DNA from: Gemmatimonadaceae bacterium
GTDB taxonomy: Bacteria > Gemmatimonadota > Gemmatimonadetes > Gemmatimonadales > Gemmatimonadaceae
Length of the DNA: 64,000 bases
Assembly: GCA_051859245.1 (NCBI GenBank)
Contig: JBHYGA010000001.1
Location: 608,001-672,000, forward strand
Reading direction: 5' to 3'
The number at the start of each line of letters is the position of its first letter. The stretch's first letter is position 1. The position numbers and the translations under genes were made by a program. This document shows positions 38,662 to 48,035 of this stretch, piece after piece. The notes under the pieces are model-generated. The model had not been told where the DNA came from. It ran no database searches and was given only the letters and a program-made list of their open reading frames with translations.

Positions 38662-40131
38662 CTACCGGGCGTCGATGAGTGCGATCACGATATCCATGAC
38701 ATTGGTGCCCGTGGGGCCGGTGCGTACCAGAGCGTCCGCGGCATCGAGCGCACGATAGCTCCGCAGACGCTCAAGATCGCGATACGGCTCGCGTCCCGCA
38801 CGTTGCATCAGTCGAGCGGTTGTGGCGTCAACTAAGGCACCGGCCGCATCGGTGGGGCCATCGCGACCGTCCGTGCTGCCGGCGAGAACGCTCACGCGAA
38901 GCGCGTTCGAATTGGTGAGTGCGGCGCGGTCAAGCGTGATCGCCGCGGCCAGCGCGAGCGCCTGCATGCGTCCCCCCAGCGGCGCTTCTTCTGTGGCGCT
39001 CAGTCCGAAGGCCGCGAGTGGTGCGATCTCCTCGTCACCATCGACCAACGTCACGTCTGCATCGGTGTCGCCGAAGATTCGCGCCTCGTCCAACATGTTG
39101 ACGGTGGGTTCGCCGCCCCAGATCAGCACCATGCGCTCGTCAATTTCCTGCGCGTATCGCAGCGCAATCTGCGCCACGGCGCCGCCAAGCGAGTCGGCAT
39201 CTCCCTCGAGCATGTGGTCCGACACCACCACGTGCGAAACGCCAGCCGCTTCGGCCGCGTTGGCGGCGGCGCGACACGCATCGGCATTGCTGGCAATGAT
39301 GTCGTACGAAACGGTGCTGAACGCTGCGTGTGATGCTGGCGCTGTAGCAATCGCCACGTGCGCACTGCCGGCCAGTCCGAGCGCGCGACTGATCGCGGGA
39401 TCAAACGCGCTGCGCAACCCGTGCGCATCACACAGGGCGAGCACCTCGTCGACGTGCAGCGGATCCGCAGTGCACGGACCGGAGCCAATCGTTGCCGCAT
39501 CGTCTCCAATCACGTCGGAGATGGCCATCACGTGAATCGTTCGTGCGCCACGCGCGTGTATCGCGGTGGCAAGGCGTCCCGCGCCCCAGCGAAGCAGGCG
39601 CCGCCGAATCGCGTTCATCTCATGAATCGCCATGCCATGCGCCATCATGTGTTGCATGGCGCTGGCAATTGCGTTCTGCGCGTCGGCGGGATGGCCCACG
39701 ATGGAGCTGAGTTCTGCACAGGGCGCCGCGCACAGCGACGTCGTGCCGCCTGACAACAGCACGAGCACATCATCACCGGCGTCGATGGCGCTGATCGCCG
39801 TCGCAATCGCATCTGCTGCCGCGAGCGATCCAATACTCGGCAGTGGATGGTCGCCCACGCGAAATGACAGTGGCGCGAGTTCGGCGGCGTCAACCTTGTG
39901 CGCGGCGACCACGATTCCGCCTGTAAGTCGCGCCTTCGCTTCACGAATCGCCTGCAGGGCACCTCGTGCCATGTCTGGCGCGGCTTTGCCGAGTGCAAGA
40001 ACATGAAGTGGTGATGACGACGCGCGGGCGTCCAACCAGCTGCGCACCCGCTCATGGGTGCGCGGATACGGCGACACGCCCTGAATCGCCGCGGTATGAA
40101 GCGCGGCGAGCAGGGCGTGTGCGGAACTCAA
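38662..40131 (-). CDS. Glycerate kinase type 2 (DUF4147 + MOFRL)
   Basis: 'GKAA', 'HPLP', 'LLSGG', 'SDVIGD...IGSGP', 'GGEPT', 'TDGRDG', 'TGPTGTNVMD'. Confidence 0.88.
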   Translation of the reverse strand: MSSAHALLAALHTAAIQGVSPYPRTHERVRSWLDARASSSPLHVLALGKAAPDMARGALQAIREAKARLTGGIVVAAHKVDAAELAPLSFRVGDHPLPSIGSLAAADAIATAISAIDAGDDVLVLLSGGTTSLCAAPCAELSSIVGHPADAQNAIASAMQHMMAHGMAIHEMNAIRRRLLRWGAGRLATAIHARGARTIHVMAISDVIGDDAATIGSGPCTADPLHVDEVLALCDAHGLRSAFDPAISRALGLAGSAHVAIATAPASHAAFSTVSYDIIASNADACRAAANAAEAAGVSHVVVSDHMLEGDADSLGGAVAQIALRYAQEIDERMVLIWGGEPTVNMLDEARIFGDTDADVTLVDGDEEIAPLAAFGLSATEEAPLGGRMQALALAAAITLDRAALTNSNALRVSVLAGSTDGRDGPTDAAGALVDATTARLMQRAGREPYRDLERLRSYRALDAADALVRTGPTGTNVMDIVIALIDAR

Positions 40132-40691
40132 CGTGCGGCCTTCTTGATGGCCGCGTCGAGTTCGTCATACGCTTCCTGCGCCATGGCGCGGAAGCTCGTG
40201 GCGTACGTGATTTTTCCGTCTGGTCCGATCACGTAGAGATAGCGACGGTGGTAGCCGGCTTCGGTGGCCGCGTTGTAGAGCGCGCCGACTTTCTTGTCAC
40301 TGTCCGCGCCCAGTGCGAACTGAAACCCGTCGTCCTTGGCCCAGGCCGTGAGATCGGCGCCGTTGTCGGTGCTGATGCCAACAAGCGTGACCTTCTTGCC
40401 GTTGAGAAACATGCTCTCGTACTTGTCGCGGTACGTGTGCATCTGTGCCGTGCAGCCGCTGGTGCGCGCTTTCGGGAAGAACGCGAGCACCACGGTTTCA
40501 CCGCGATGTTCTGACAACTTGAACGGCGCAGCGGTCGGACCCGCCTGTGTGACGGTTGTGAGCGTGAAGTCAGGGGCGACCGTACCCACGGCGAGTGGCG
40601 CCGGGGTTGGCGCCTGCGCGAACACGGCAGGCGCGAGCATCGGCGAGGCGGCCAGCGCAACCGCGGCGACCAACGAAGACAAACGAAGCAT
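40128..40691 (-). CDS. Exported peroxiredoxin (BCP/PrxQ-like)
   Basis: PxxxTxxC motif 'FFPKARTSGCT'; signal peptide; 'RRYLYVIGPDG'. Confidence 0.88.
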   Translation of the reverse strand: MLRLSSLVAAVALAASPMLAPAVFAQAPTPAPLAVGTVAPDFTLTTVTQAGPTAAPFKLSEHRGETVVLAFFPKARTSGCTAQMHTYRDKYESMFLNGKKVTLVGISTDNGADLTAWAKDDGFQFALGADSDKKVGALYNAATEAGYHRRYLYVIGPDGKITYATSFRAMAQEAYDELDAAIKKAAR

Positions 40692-40894
40692 CAACAACTC
40701 CGGAAGAAGCGATCAGTGATCGCCGCGACGCTCGCGGCACAGACTGCGAAGAAGATACGCCGCGGAGGGCGCAAGTGTTCATCCGGACATCGGTGTCCAC
40801 GTTGATGGACGGCCGATACGGACTCAGAGGACAATGCTTGGTGACCCCCCGCACGTTTCAAGGCGAATTGGCGGTCTTTTGACCGAATCTCCGA

Positions 40895-40910
40895 TGGCAC
40901 GGGTTCTGCA
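40895..40910 (+). promoter_or_regulatory. Sigma-54 (-24/-12)-type promoter
   Basis: TGGCACGGGTTCTGCA versus consensus TGGCACGNNNNTTGCW; about 60 nt before the ATG at 40973. Confidence 0.6.
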
Positions 40911-40972
40911 CCCCTGATCACATGTCGGAGGCTCTCATGGACGCTCCGCCGATCACTCTCTGGAGGTGTCAG

Positions 40973-41596
40973 ATGCGGAATACATCGCGAGTTCGTGCAG
41001 TCGCGCGGCCAGTGCCCTTGGTATCGCGCAAAGCGATTCTGACGATGGCTGTGCTTACGTCGGTCTTGGCGCTTGCGGCGTGTGGCGACAGCGACGCCAA
41101 GCGAATGGATGCGGCGTTGCAGTCCGACCTCGCCATGGCGTCGTCGGCGCCTGGCATGCGCTCGGGGTACGCATCGCCCATGGAGCTGGGCTACCCGCAG
41201 GCGTACCCGCCCGGTTACCCGGCTCCGTACCCGCCGGGCTACCCGCAGCCGTACCCGGCCCAGGCGTTTCCGCCGCAGCCGTACGGTTATCCGCAGCCGG
41301 GCTATCCGCAGCCGGTGGCGCAGCGCGCGCCCACGCAGGTGATCTATCGTGACCGTGCGCCCAGTGGTGGTGGTGGAAGTGGCACGAGCACGGGAAGCGG
41401 TACGGGATCGGCTCAGGGCACGGAGTCCAATACCAAACGCGGCGCGATCATTGGCGCCGCCACGGGCGCGGCGGTGGGCATTGCGACGCAGCGGGATAAA
41501 GTGAAGGGCGGTGCGGTTGGCGCCATCACGGGCGCGGTACTTGGCGGCGTGGTTGGTTCGCAGATCTACACCAAGCCGCGCACACGACCGTACTAA
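40973..41596 (+). CDS. Pro/Tyr-rich lipoprotein with a C-terminal glycine zipper
   Basis: GGAGG RBS; lipobox LAAC; 'GAIIGAATGAAVG...GGAVGAITGAVLGGVVG'. Confidence 0.8.
   Translation: MRNTSRVRAVARPVPLVSRKAILTMAVLTSVLALAACGDSDAKRMDAALQSDLAMASSAPGMRSGYASPMELGYPQAYPPGYPAPYPPGYPQPYPAQAFPPQPYGYPQPGYPQPVAQRAPTQVIYRDRAPSGGGGSGTSTGSGTGSAQGTESNTKRGAIIGAATGAAVGIATQRDKVKGGAVGAITGAVLGGVVGSQIYTKPRTRPY
41189..41260 (+). repeat. In-frame 24-bp tandem repeat x3 encoding GYPxxYPP-like units
   Basis: ggctacccgcaggcgtacccgccc, ggttacccggctccgtacccgccg, ggctacccgcagccgtacccggcc. Confidence 0.8.
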
Positions 41597-41679
41597 GGGT
41601 CGAATTTGTAACGGCGATACGGATCGCACCGGCGCGAGAAGCGCTTGACGCGCCGGTGTGACCCCGTAGGATTCTGTGT

Positions 41680-42210
41680 ATGAGCTATCTCGTGAAGCCC
41701 GCCGCCGTCCATCACATCGCTGCGCTCCCCGCTATCGAGCGCGCGGCTGCGGCGATGTTTTCGCCCGATGATCTGCCGCCTCACATGCTCGACGAGCAGA
41801 CGTCGCTCGCGCGTTTTACCGAAGCGCAGCGTGATGACCGGCTGTGGGTTGCGGTGGATGCCGCCGATCAGCCGGTTGGCTTTCTGCTCGCGGATGTCAT
41901 CGACGACACCTTGCACATCACTGAAATGGATGTGCATCCCGATCACGCGCGACGCGGGCTCGGTGCCACCATGCTTCGCCATGTGCTGCTCGTGGCCGAA
42001 CATCATGGCAATCATTCGGTCACGCTCACCACGTTTGCGCACCTTGAGTGGAACGCGCCGTTCTATCGCCGTCACGGGTTTGTTGACGTGAGCGATGCGG
42101 AGTGCGGACCGGAGCTGGCCGGTGTGCTCAAGGAAGAGCGAGCGCGCGGATTGCAGCAGCGCATTGCAATGCGCCGTTCGGTGCGTCGCACGGAACGCGC
42201 GGCGCGCTGA
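41680..42210 (+). CDS. GNAT N-acetyltransferase
   Basis: 'VHPDHARRGLG', 'WNAPFYRRHGF'. Confidence 0.92.
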   Translation: MSYLVKPAAVHHIAALPAIERAAAAMFSPDDLPPHMLDEQTSLARFTEAQRDDRLWVAVDAADQPVGFLLADVIDDTLHITEMDVHPDHARRGLGATMLRHVLLVAEHHGNHSVTLTTFAHLEWNAPFYRRHGFVDVSDAECGPELAGVLKEERARGLQQRIAMRRSVRRTERAAR

Positions 42211-42227
42211 GCGTTGGTGGCGTTGGC

Positions 42228-42842
42228 GTGAAGCGGCGTATCCTGCAGGTCGCCGCGCTCGCTACGAACACACTGTGCCTCGCTGCCTGCAGCGCGAACA
42301 GATCGGCTGACCTGCCACCCGCCATTGTTGTTGGCGCGCCAGACTCCCTGATCGGACTGGTGACCGCTCACGAATCATTGCTTGATTCGCTGGAAACGCG
42401 CGAGTATGGCTACGAGGAACGCGCGCTCGCGGTTTACGCGAGGCGCGATGCGTGGTTTCTCGTGGGCACGCGCGATAGCGCACGCACATGGATTCGCGCG
42501 GCTGCCGTCGACTCTTTCATGCCGCTGGATTCACTGCTGCACGATCGATTGGCCTATCTCACAGATGCGTGGGACGGCGCGTTGCGTGTAGCGCCGGCGT
42601 TCAATGCTGCGCGCGTGCCTGTGTCCATGTCGTTGCGCGCGCCGGCACCAGATGCGGATCAAACACCGGCGCGCGTGTTGCGTACACGTCGCATGGATGA
42701 CGCCGCATGGTGGGCAGAAGTTGAAGTGATGAACACGAGTGGCTGCGATGATGACACACCGCGTGTGTTGGCCAGCGGCTGGGTGCCGCTGTGGGGAACC
42801 AATCGCGCGCCGACGGTGTGGTACTTCTCACGCGGTTGCTAA
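42228..42842 (+). CDS. Hypothetical lipoprotein
   Basis: GTG start MKRRILQVAAL...LAAC lipobox; ends 'WYFSRGC'. Confidence 0.6.
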   Translation: MKRRILQVAALATNTLCLAACSANRSADLPPAIVVGAPDSLIGLVTAHESLLDSLETREYGYEERALAVYARRDAWFLVGTRDSARTWIRAAAVDSFMPLDSLLHDRLAYLTDAWDGALRVAPAFNAARVPVSMSLRAPAPDADQTPARVLRTRRMDDAAWWAEVEVMNTSGCDDDTPRVLASGWVPLWGTNRAPTVWYFSRGC

Positions 42843-43080
42843 CCGCCACATGTCGCATCGGATAACACACACGTAGCTCTTTCGAGCGAGTGGCAGCAAC
42901 ACAACGGCATTGAAGTGGCGCTTTGCGCACCAATGCACATCGATACGTGACTTTTCGCACCAGCGATTTGTGTGGTGTCGATTACGTATCAAAGAGCGAT
43001 GCTTGCATCGTCATCACATGTGACATCGCGCGTGTGCGCATCACAACGCGACGCGCCGATCTCACACACTCAAAGGAAAA

Positions 43081-45225
43081 ATGATGTCCAGATCGTGTCT
43101 GTCCCAACGCGCGCTGAATGCAGCGCGCCTTGTCCTTGTTTCCGCGATGGTCACCGCCACGAGCGCGACAGTCCATGCACAGCAGGTTGGCGTCTCGGTG
43201 CTTCCCGGTGCGCAGCGCGTACAGTGGAGCAAGGATCTGCCGTTCGACGATGACTACATGTACGGCGGTCGCGTTGCACTGCGCTTTGGCAAGTGGGTGG
43301 AACTGCAGCCCTTCTACTTCTTCCGCGATGGCCTCGGTCTCGATTCAACGCGCGCTGTCAGCGTGTTCGGTCCGTTGTCGGCGGGAAAAGAAGTTGACAT
43401 CAAGCACTATGGCAGCTCGCTGCAGTTCAATCTTGGCGACGCGGCATTCGTGCCGTTCGCTCGCATCAGCGCGGGCGTACTGCGCCTCGAGCCAGATTCC
43501 GCCGCTCGGCAGGATCGCATTACCATGGGCGCCGGCGGTGGTGTACGGTTTGGTTTTGCAGGCTTGAATGCAGAGGTGTACGCGGAGCAAATGGGTTTCC
43601 GCATGAACCCAGGCTCCCTGTTTGGTGCGGACACTACACTCGCGTCGAACCCGATGACGCTGCGCAACTTCGTGTACGGAGCGGCGGTCACGATTCCGTT
43701 GAGCACCATGCGTGACGACGAAGGCAACGCGGGTGGATTGAGCGGATCATCAGCGCCACTGGAACCGTTTGTTGGGCGACTGCGATACGCGGGTGAGCAT
43801 GGCCTGCCAGATCTGGAACTTGCCGGCGTGCGCGCAGGCATCGACTTCTCGCCCGTCTTTGGCATTCGCGGCTTTTACTGGCGCGGCCTGAATGATGATC
43901 GGGATGGCCCAGCGCCTGTTGCCGGTTACGGCGGTGAAGGTCAGTTCAACCTGTCCACCGGAGCCGGACTGTCGCCGTACCTGATCGTTGGTGCCGGCCA
44001 GATTGACTACAAGGACGATTTCGTCGATTCGCTCGGCGTGTCACGCGTTGACAAGACCGCGCTGATTCTTGGTGCCGGAGCCAGCTTCCGATTGACGGAT
44101 CGCTTGCGCATTAATGGTGCGGTGCGCGATTACGTCATGACCGTCGACGAAAATCTCGACGATGTCGCCACCACAGGCGACCTCACGCACAATACCATGA
44201 TCACGGCCGGTCTCACGATCAGCTTTGGTGGAAAATCCACGCCATCGTCGGCGCAGCGTGAGCGCGAGCGTGATGAAGAGTTGCGCGAACTGCGTGCCGA
44301 GCGAGATCGGGCTGAGCGGATGCGCGATCCGCGCGACCGCATGATGGACCGTGACAGCATGATGATGCGTGATCGCATGCTTGAGCGCGAGCGCATGATG
44401 GATCGCGACGCGCGTGTTGGTCGCATGATGCAGGACAGTGTGCGCGTCTATCGCGATTCCACGGTGATCATGTCGCGCCCGTCAATGCGTGGTGGTTCGC
44501 CGGACGTGCAGTGGATTACGATTCCGGTTCCTTCGCAGGGCGAAATCATTCTGCGCTACGGCCTGCCGGTTCGCGCTGGAGATAGCACGACCGTTTCACG
44601 TGATACCGTAATGATGCGTTCAGGTACGCCGCCGTCGGGTGACCTGGCCGCGCAGTTGCTCGAGATCGAGCGTCGTCTCACGGCACGTATTGATGCCATG
44701 CAGCGCCAGACGCTCACGGCACCGTCCACGCCTAACGTCACGGTCGTAACGCCGGAAACACGCAACATGGTCGTGCAGGATCGTGACAATCTTCCGGTAT
44801 TCCAGCGTCTTCAGCGTACGCGTACCGCCGACCTGCGTCCGTATGTCGGGTTGGGCTTCGACGACGGTGATGCGCAGCTGATTCTCGGCACGCGGGCCGA
44901 CCTCGGCCCGATCAGCGCCGGCAGCGGCTTCAACTTTGTGCCGGAGCTCGCGGTGGGTGTGGGCGGCGGCGACGTGTCAGTGCTCGCCATGGCGAACGTG
45001 CAATACGCGTTCGGTTCGGTGGGTGGCACGAATGCATTCCGTCCGTACGTCACGGTGGGCGGCGGCATCTATTCGCCCACGGTGCTCGGCATCAATACCG
45101 CCGTGGGTACCTCGTACCAGCTGCGTACCGGGGCGGAAAAGCCGCTGTTCCTCAATGTTGAGCTGCAGGGCATCAACCTGTTCAGCAAGACGCGTGTTCT
45201 GGTTGGGTTGAGCCGCAGTCGGTAA
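43081..45225 (+). CDS. Multi-domain outer-membrane protein with three predicted beta-barrel domains
   Basis: AAGGA RBS; signal peptide; three segments with OmpA-like strand motifs ('VPFARISAG', 'SPYLIVGAG', 'RPYVTVGGG'). Confidence 0.7.
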   Translation: MMSRSCLSQRALNAARLVLVSAMVTATSATVHAQQVGVSVLPGAQRVQWSKDLPFDDDYMYGGRVALRFGKWVELQPFYFFRDGLGLDSTRAVSVFGPLSAGKEVDIKHYGSSLQFNLGDAAFVPFARISAGVLRLEPDSAARQDRITMGAGGGVRFGFAGLNAEVYAEQMGFRMNPGSLFGADTTLASNPMTLRNFVYGAAVTIPLSTMRDDEGNAGGLSGSSAPLEPFVGRLRYAGEHGLPDLELAGVRAGIDFSPVFGIRGFYWRGLNDDRDGPAPVAGYGGEGQFNLSTGAGLSPYLIVGAGQIDYKDDFVDSLGVSRVDKTALILGAGASFRLTDRLRINGAVRDYVMTVDENLDDVATTGDLTHNTMITAGLTISFGGKSTPSSAQRERERDEELRELRAERDRAERMRDPRDRMMDRDSMMMRDRMLERERMMDRDARVGRMMQDSVRVYRDSTVIMSRPSMRGGSPDVQWITIPVPSQGEIILRYGLPVRAGDSTTVSRDTVMMRSGTPPSGDLAAQLLEIERRLTARIDAMQRQTLTAPSTPNVTVVTPETRNMVVQDRDNLPVFQRLQRTRTADLRPYVGLGFDDGDAQLILGTRADLGPISAGSGFNFVPELAVGVGGGDVSVLAMANVQYAFGSVGGTNAFRPYVTVGGGIYSPTVLGINTAVGTSYQLRTGAEKPLFLNVELQGINLFSKTRVLVGLSRSR

Positions 45226-45242
45226 AAGTTGTCTCACGATGG

Positions 45243-45277
45243 AAAACGCCGCCGACATCATTGTCGGCGGCGTTTTT
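45243..45277 (+). terminator. Intrinsic terminator, likely bidirectional
   Basis: AAAACGCCGCCGACA-tcat-TGTCGGCGGCGTTTTT. Confidence 0.9.
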
Positions 45278-45327
45278 CGTTTTCCGAAGCAGGTTGAGCA
45301 CCTCGCCACCGTGCCGTATCGTATGGT

Positions 45328-45732
45328 ATGACCTCGCCTGTTCCTCGTGTTGGTGTTGGCGTACTTGTGGTTCGCGACGAGCGCGTGCTGCTCGGACGGC
45401 GCCTTGGAGCGCACGGTGCTGAGACGTGGGCGCCGCCTGGCGGAAACCTCGAGTTTGGTGAATCCATCGAGCAGTGCGCCGCGCGCGAGCTGCGTGAAGA
45501 AACCGGCCTGATGACAAATGCAGTCGCGCTCGGGCCGTACGTGAACACGGTGTTCACAGCCGAATCCCTGCACTACGTCACGCTGTTTGCGATCGTGCGT
45601 GACGGACAGGGCACGCCACAGGTTCTTGAACCACACAAGTGCGCGGAGTGGCGCTGGTTTTCGTGGTCGGCGCTACCGGAGCCGCTCTTTCAACCGCTTG
45701 CGACGTTGCAAGCAACCGGGTTTGTGCTATGA
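45328..45732 (+). CDS. Nudix hydrolase (NUDT15/MutT-like)
   Basis: Nudix box 'GGNLEFGESIEQCAARELREETGL'; 'EPHKCAEWRWF'. Confidence 0.92.
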   Translation: MTSPVPRVGVGVLVVRDERVLLGRRLGAHGAETWAPPGGNLEFGESIEQCAARELREETGLMTNAVALGPYVNTVFTAESLHYVTLFAIVRDGQGTPQVLEPHKCAEWRWFSWSALPEPLFQPLATLQATGFVL

Positions 45733-47081
45733 TCGCTTTGGCTCTACTAGCGCCTGTTGTGAAACGCATTTGCACACCTATCGCGACACGCCGGTCGACA
45801 GGCGCTTCCAGGCGCATCGCAGCAGCCTTCGTCGCCAGCGTCTTGACCGTGTCGTCGTTGTCGGGTTGTAATCAAACCCGCGAGCGCAGCAACGAACCCG
45901 TCTCCGTGATCGATTCTGCTGGCGTCACCATTGTGGTGAACCGGGCACCGCTCTGGAGTGCGGACAGTGGATGGCGTGTCGACGGCACTCCGATCGTGAG
46001 TATCGGTGGCGCCGACGCGGATACGAATCAGCACTGGAAGCGATTCGAACATGTGCAACGGATGTCCGACGGACGCCTTGTCATTGCCGTCGAAGGAGAG
46101 CTGCGTTGGTTCGATAGCAACGGGAATTACCTGCAGACGTCAACGCGCAGCGGCGATGGTCCCGGTGAGTTTCGCGGCTTCGGTGCCGTGCACAGACTGG
46201 CAGGTGACTCCCTACTCGTGGCGGATCGAATGGGTCTCAGGCGCGCGGTCTACGCGCCGGATGGCTCGTTGGTACGGGAGTGGCGGGACGAAACTGCGAA
46301 ACTTCGCGCGCTCGGCAAGTGGACCGAATGCTTTTCGACCACGCTTGCCGATGGAAGTTGGATCAGCTGCCAGCATGACGCGTCGATTCCCCTCTCCGCG
46401 ACCAATCGGCCGGATCGCTTCATCAAGGAAGGATGGACCTCCCCAGGCCCCGGACTCCTGCGACAGCTGCGCCGCATCCATATCGCGTCGCCGGATCGCG
46501 ATGCTTCGTATCCGCTCGGTATCGACGCGGGCATTGAACAGTTCGGATTCGACGTTGGTGACATGACGCAGTTCGTTGTGCATCCCTTCCACGCGCGATC
46601 GGTTACAGTGGGTGGGGGCGATCCGCTGCGCGTAGCGATCGCTACCAATCCTCAGTACCGCATTGAAATCTGGACGGTGAACGGCAGACTGGAGCGCATC
46701 ATTGAGCGCGAGAACGGTCGACGTGCGCCGAACGATGCCGAACTAGCCGACGTACCCGCGGCCCTTGCGCGCGCTCTGCCGATCAATGATCCAGCGCTGA
46801 CGGCAATCATGCTGGACAAGGTACCAACACCGGATTCGTTGCCGGCTGTGATCTTCATGACGTTCGGCAGTCGTGGTGAGTTGCTGGTAATGCGCGAGGG
46901 ACATCAGCCGTCGCATACGCATTCCGTGTACGATGTCTTTCAGGCCGATGGCCGCTGGCTTGGCACTCTGCGCATTCCCGGGAAAGTCTACGTGCGCGAG
47001 TTGGACGGCGACGTGTTAACGGTTGCGCGCGTAAACGACGATGGCGTCATGCTCGCCGAGGTGTACGCCCTCCGGCGTTAG
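45729..47081 (+). CDS. Beta-propeller-like lipoprotein (6-bladed type); start uncertain
   Basis: Lipobox LSGC; 'DSAGVTIV', 'GDGPGEF', 'YDVFQADGRWLG'; ATGA overlap with the Nudix gene. Confidence 0.7.
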   Translation: MIALALLAPVVKRICTPIATRRSTGASRRIAAAFVASVLTVSSLSGCNQTRERSNEPVSVIDSAGVTIVVNRAPLWSADSGWRVDGTPIVSIGGADADTNQHWKRFEHVQRMSDGRLVIAVEGELRWFDSNGNYLQTSTRSGDGPGEFRGFGAVHRLAGDSLLVADRMGLRRAVYAPDGSLVREWRDETAKLRALGKWTECFSTTLADGSWISCQHDASIPLSATNRPDRFIKEGWTSPGPGLLRQLRRIHIASPDRDASYPLGIDAGIEQFGFDVGDMTQFVVHPFHARSVTVGGGDPLRVAIATNPQYRIEIWTVNGRLERIIERENGRRAPNDAELADVPAALARALPINDPALTAIMLDKVPTPDSLPAVIFMTFGSRGELLVMREGHQPSHTHSVYDVFQADGRWLGTLRIPGKVYVRELDGDVLTVARVNDDGVMLAEVYALRR

Positions 47082-47087
47082 CCCTGC

Positions 47088-48035
47088 CTACGCAATCACG
47101 TTGAGCGCCATCGGCCGCACCCGCACCTCAAGCGACGTATTGCTCGCCTGATACAACTCTCCATCCGCCTGATACATCGGCGGCGCAGGAAATTGCAACG
47201 TCACTCCTTCGTGCTGCGTGTACCGCACTTCCGGCGCGCTTACGTGCCGACCAAACGGCGCCCCTCCAAACAACTGCGCACGCCGCAGCGGTGATCCATC
47301 CGCGATCGCGACAAGATCCAGCGCCCCGTCGCTGAGCGACGCCTCCGGTGCAATGCGAAACGTGCCGCCAAACCATTGGCCGTTCGCGATCACGACCGTG
47401 AGCCAATGTTCGTTTTCGCCGGTGCCCTTGCCAACTGCACTCGACGACGTGCGCGCATTCCACGCCGTCGTTGTCGCCGCGTCTCCTGACGATACAGCGG
47501 CCGTGAATCCGCGATACCGAAACAACTGCCCCATCGCCGTAACCGCATACAACACATCACCACGCAACCAACGCGCTTTCAGCGTGCGCTCCAGCACTGC
47601 TACATCAAACCCAACGCCCGCCGCATTCACGAACACCCGCCCGTCAATCTCACCCACATCAATGCGCCGCACTTCACGCGCGGCAATCCGCTCGGCCATC
47701 GCGGCGTAGTCGAACACCGGCGCACCTAACGACTTCGCCAGATCATTTCCGGTGCCAGCACCGAGAATCGCCAAGGCCGTATCACCACCGGTCTCAACGA
47801 GTGCGGCAGCAACTCGAGAAATGGTACCATCACCACCGAGCACAACCAGCGTGCGCACGCCATCGTGCACCGCTTCGTGCGCCAGTCGCGCTTCATCACC
47901 GGCCGCACGTGTGGTCACCACGTCAAACGGCCCAACATGCACAAGTGCATGTCGGGCCGCTTCCAGTCGACGGAGCGCGCGACCGCGCCCCGCCGCCGGA
48001 TTCACCAGCAGTCGTACTGGTGCGCTCAGTGTCAC
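47088..48035 (-). CDS. Diacylglycerol/lipid kinase family protein (YegS/DagK-like)
   Basis: 'NPAAG', 'GGDGT', 'GTGNDLA', 'GVGFD', 'QADGE'. Confidence 0.92.
   Translation of the reverse strand: MTLSAPVRLLVNPAAGRGRALRRLEAARHALVHVGPFDVVTTRAAGDEARLAHEAVHDGVRTLVVLGGDGTISRVAAALVETGGDTALAILGAGTGNDLAKSLGAPVFDYAAMAERIAAREVRRIDVGEIDGRVFVNAAGVGFDVAVLERTLKARWLRGDVLYAVTAMGQLFRYRGFTAAVSSGDAATTTAWNARTSSSAVGKGTGENEHWLTVVIANGQWFGGTFRIAPEASLSDGALDLVAIADGSPLRRAQLFGGAPFGRHVSAPEVRYTQHEGVTLQFPAPPMYQADGELYQASNTSLEVRVRPMALNVIA

Noticed and set aside
40128..40691. Possible selenocysteine peroxiredoxin
   Set aside because: The peroxidatic position is a TGC Cys codon; there is no in-frame TGA.
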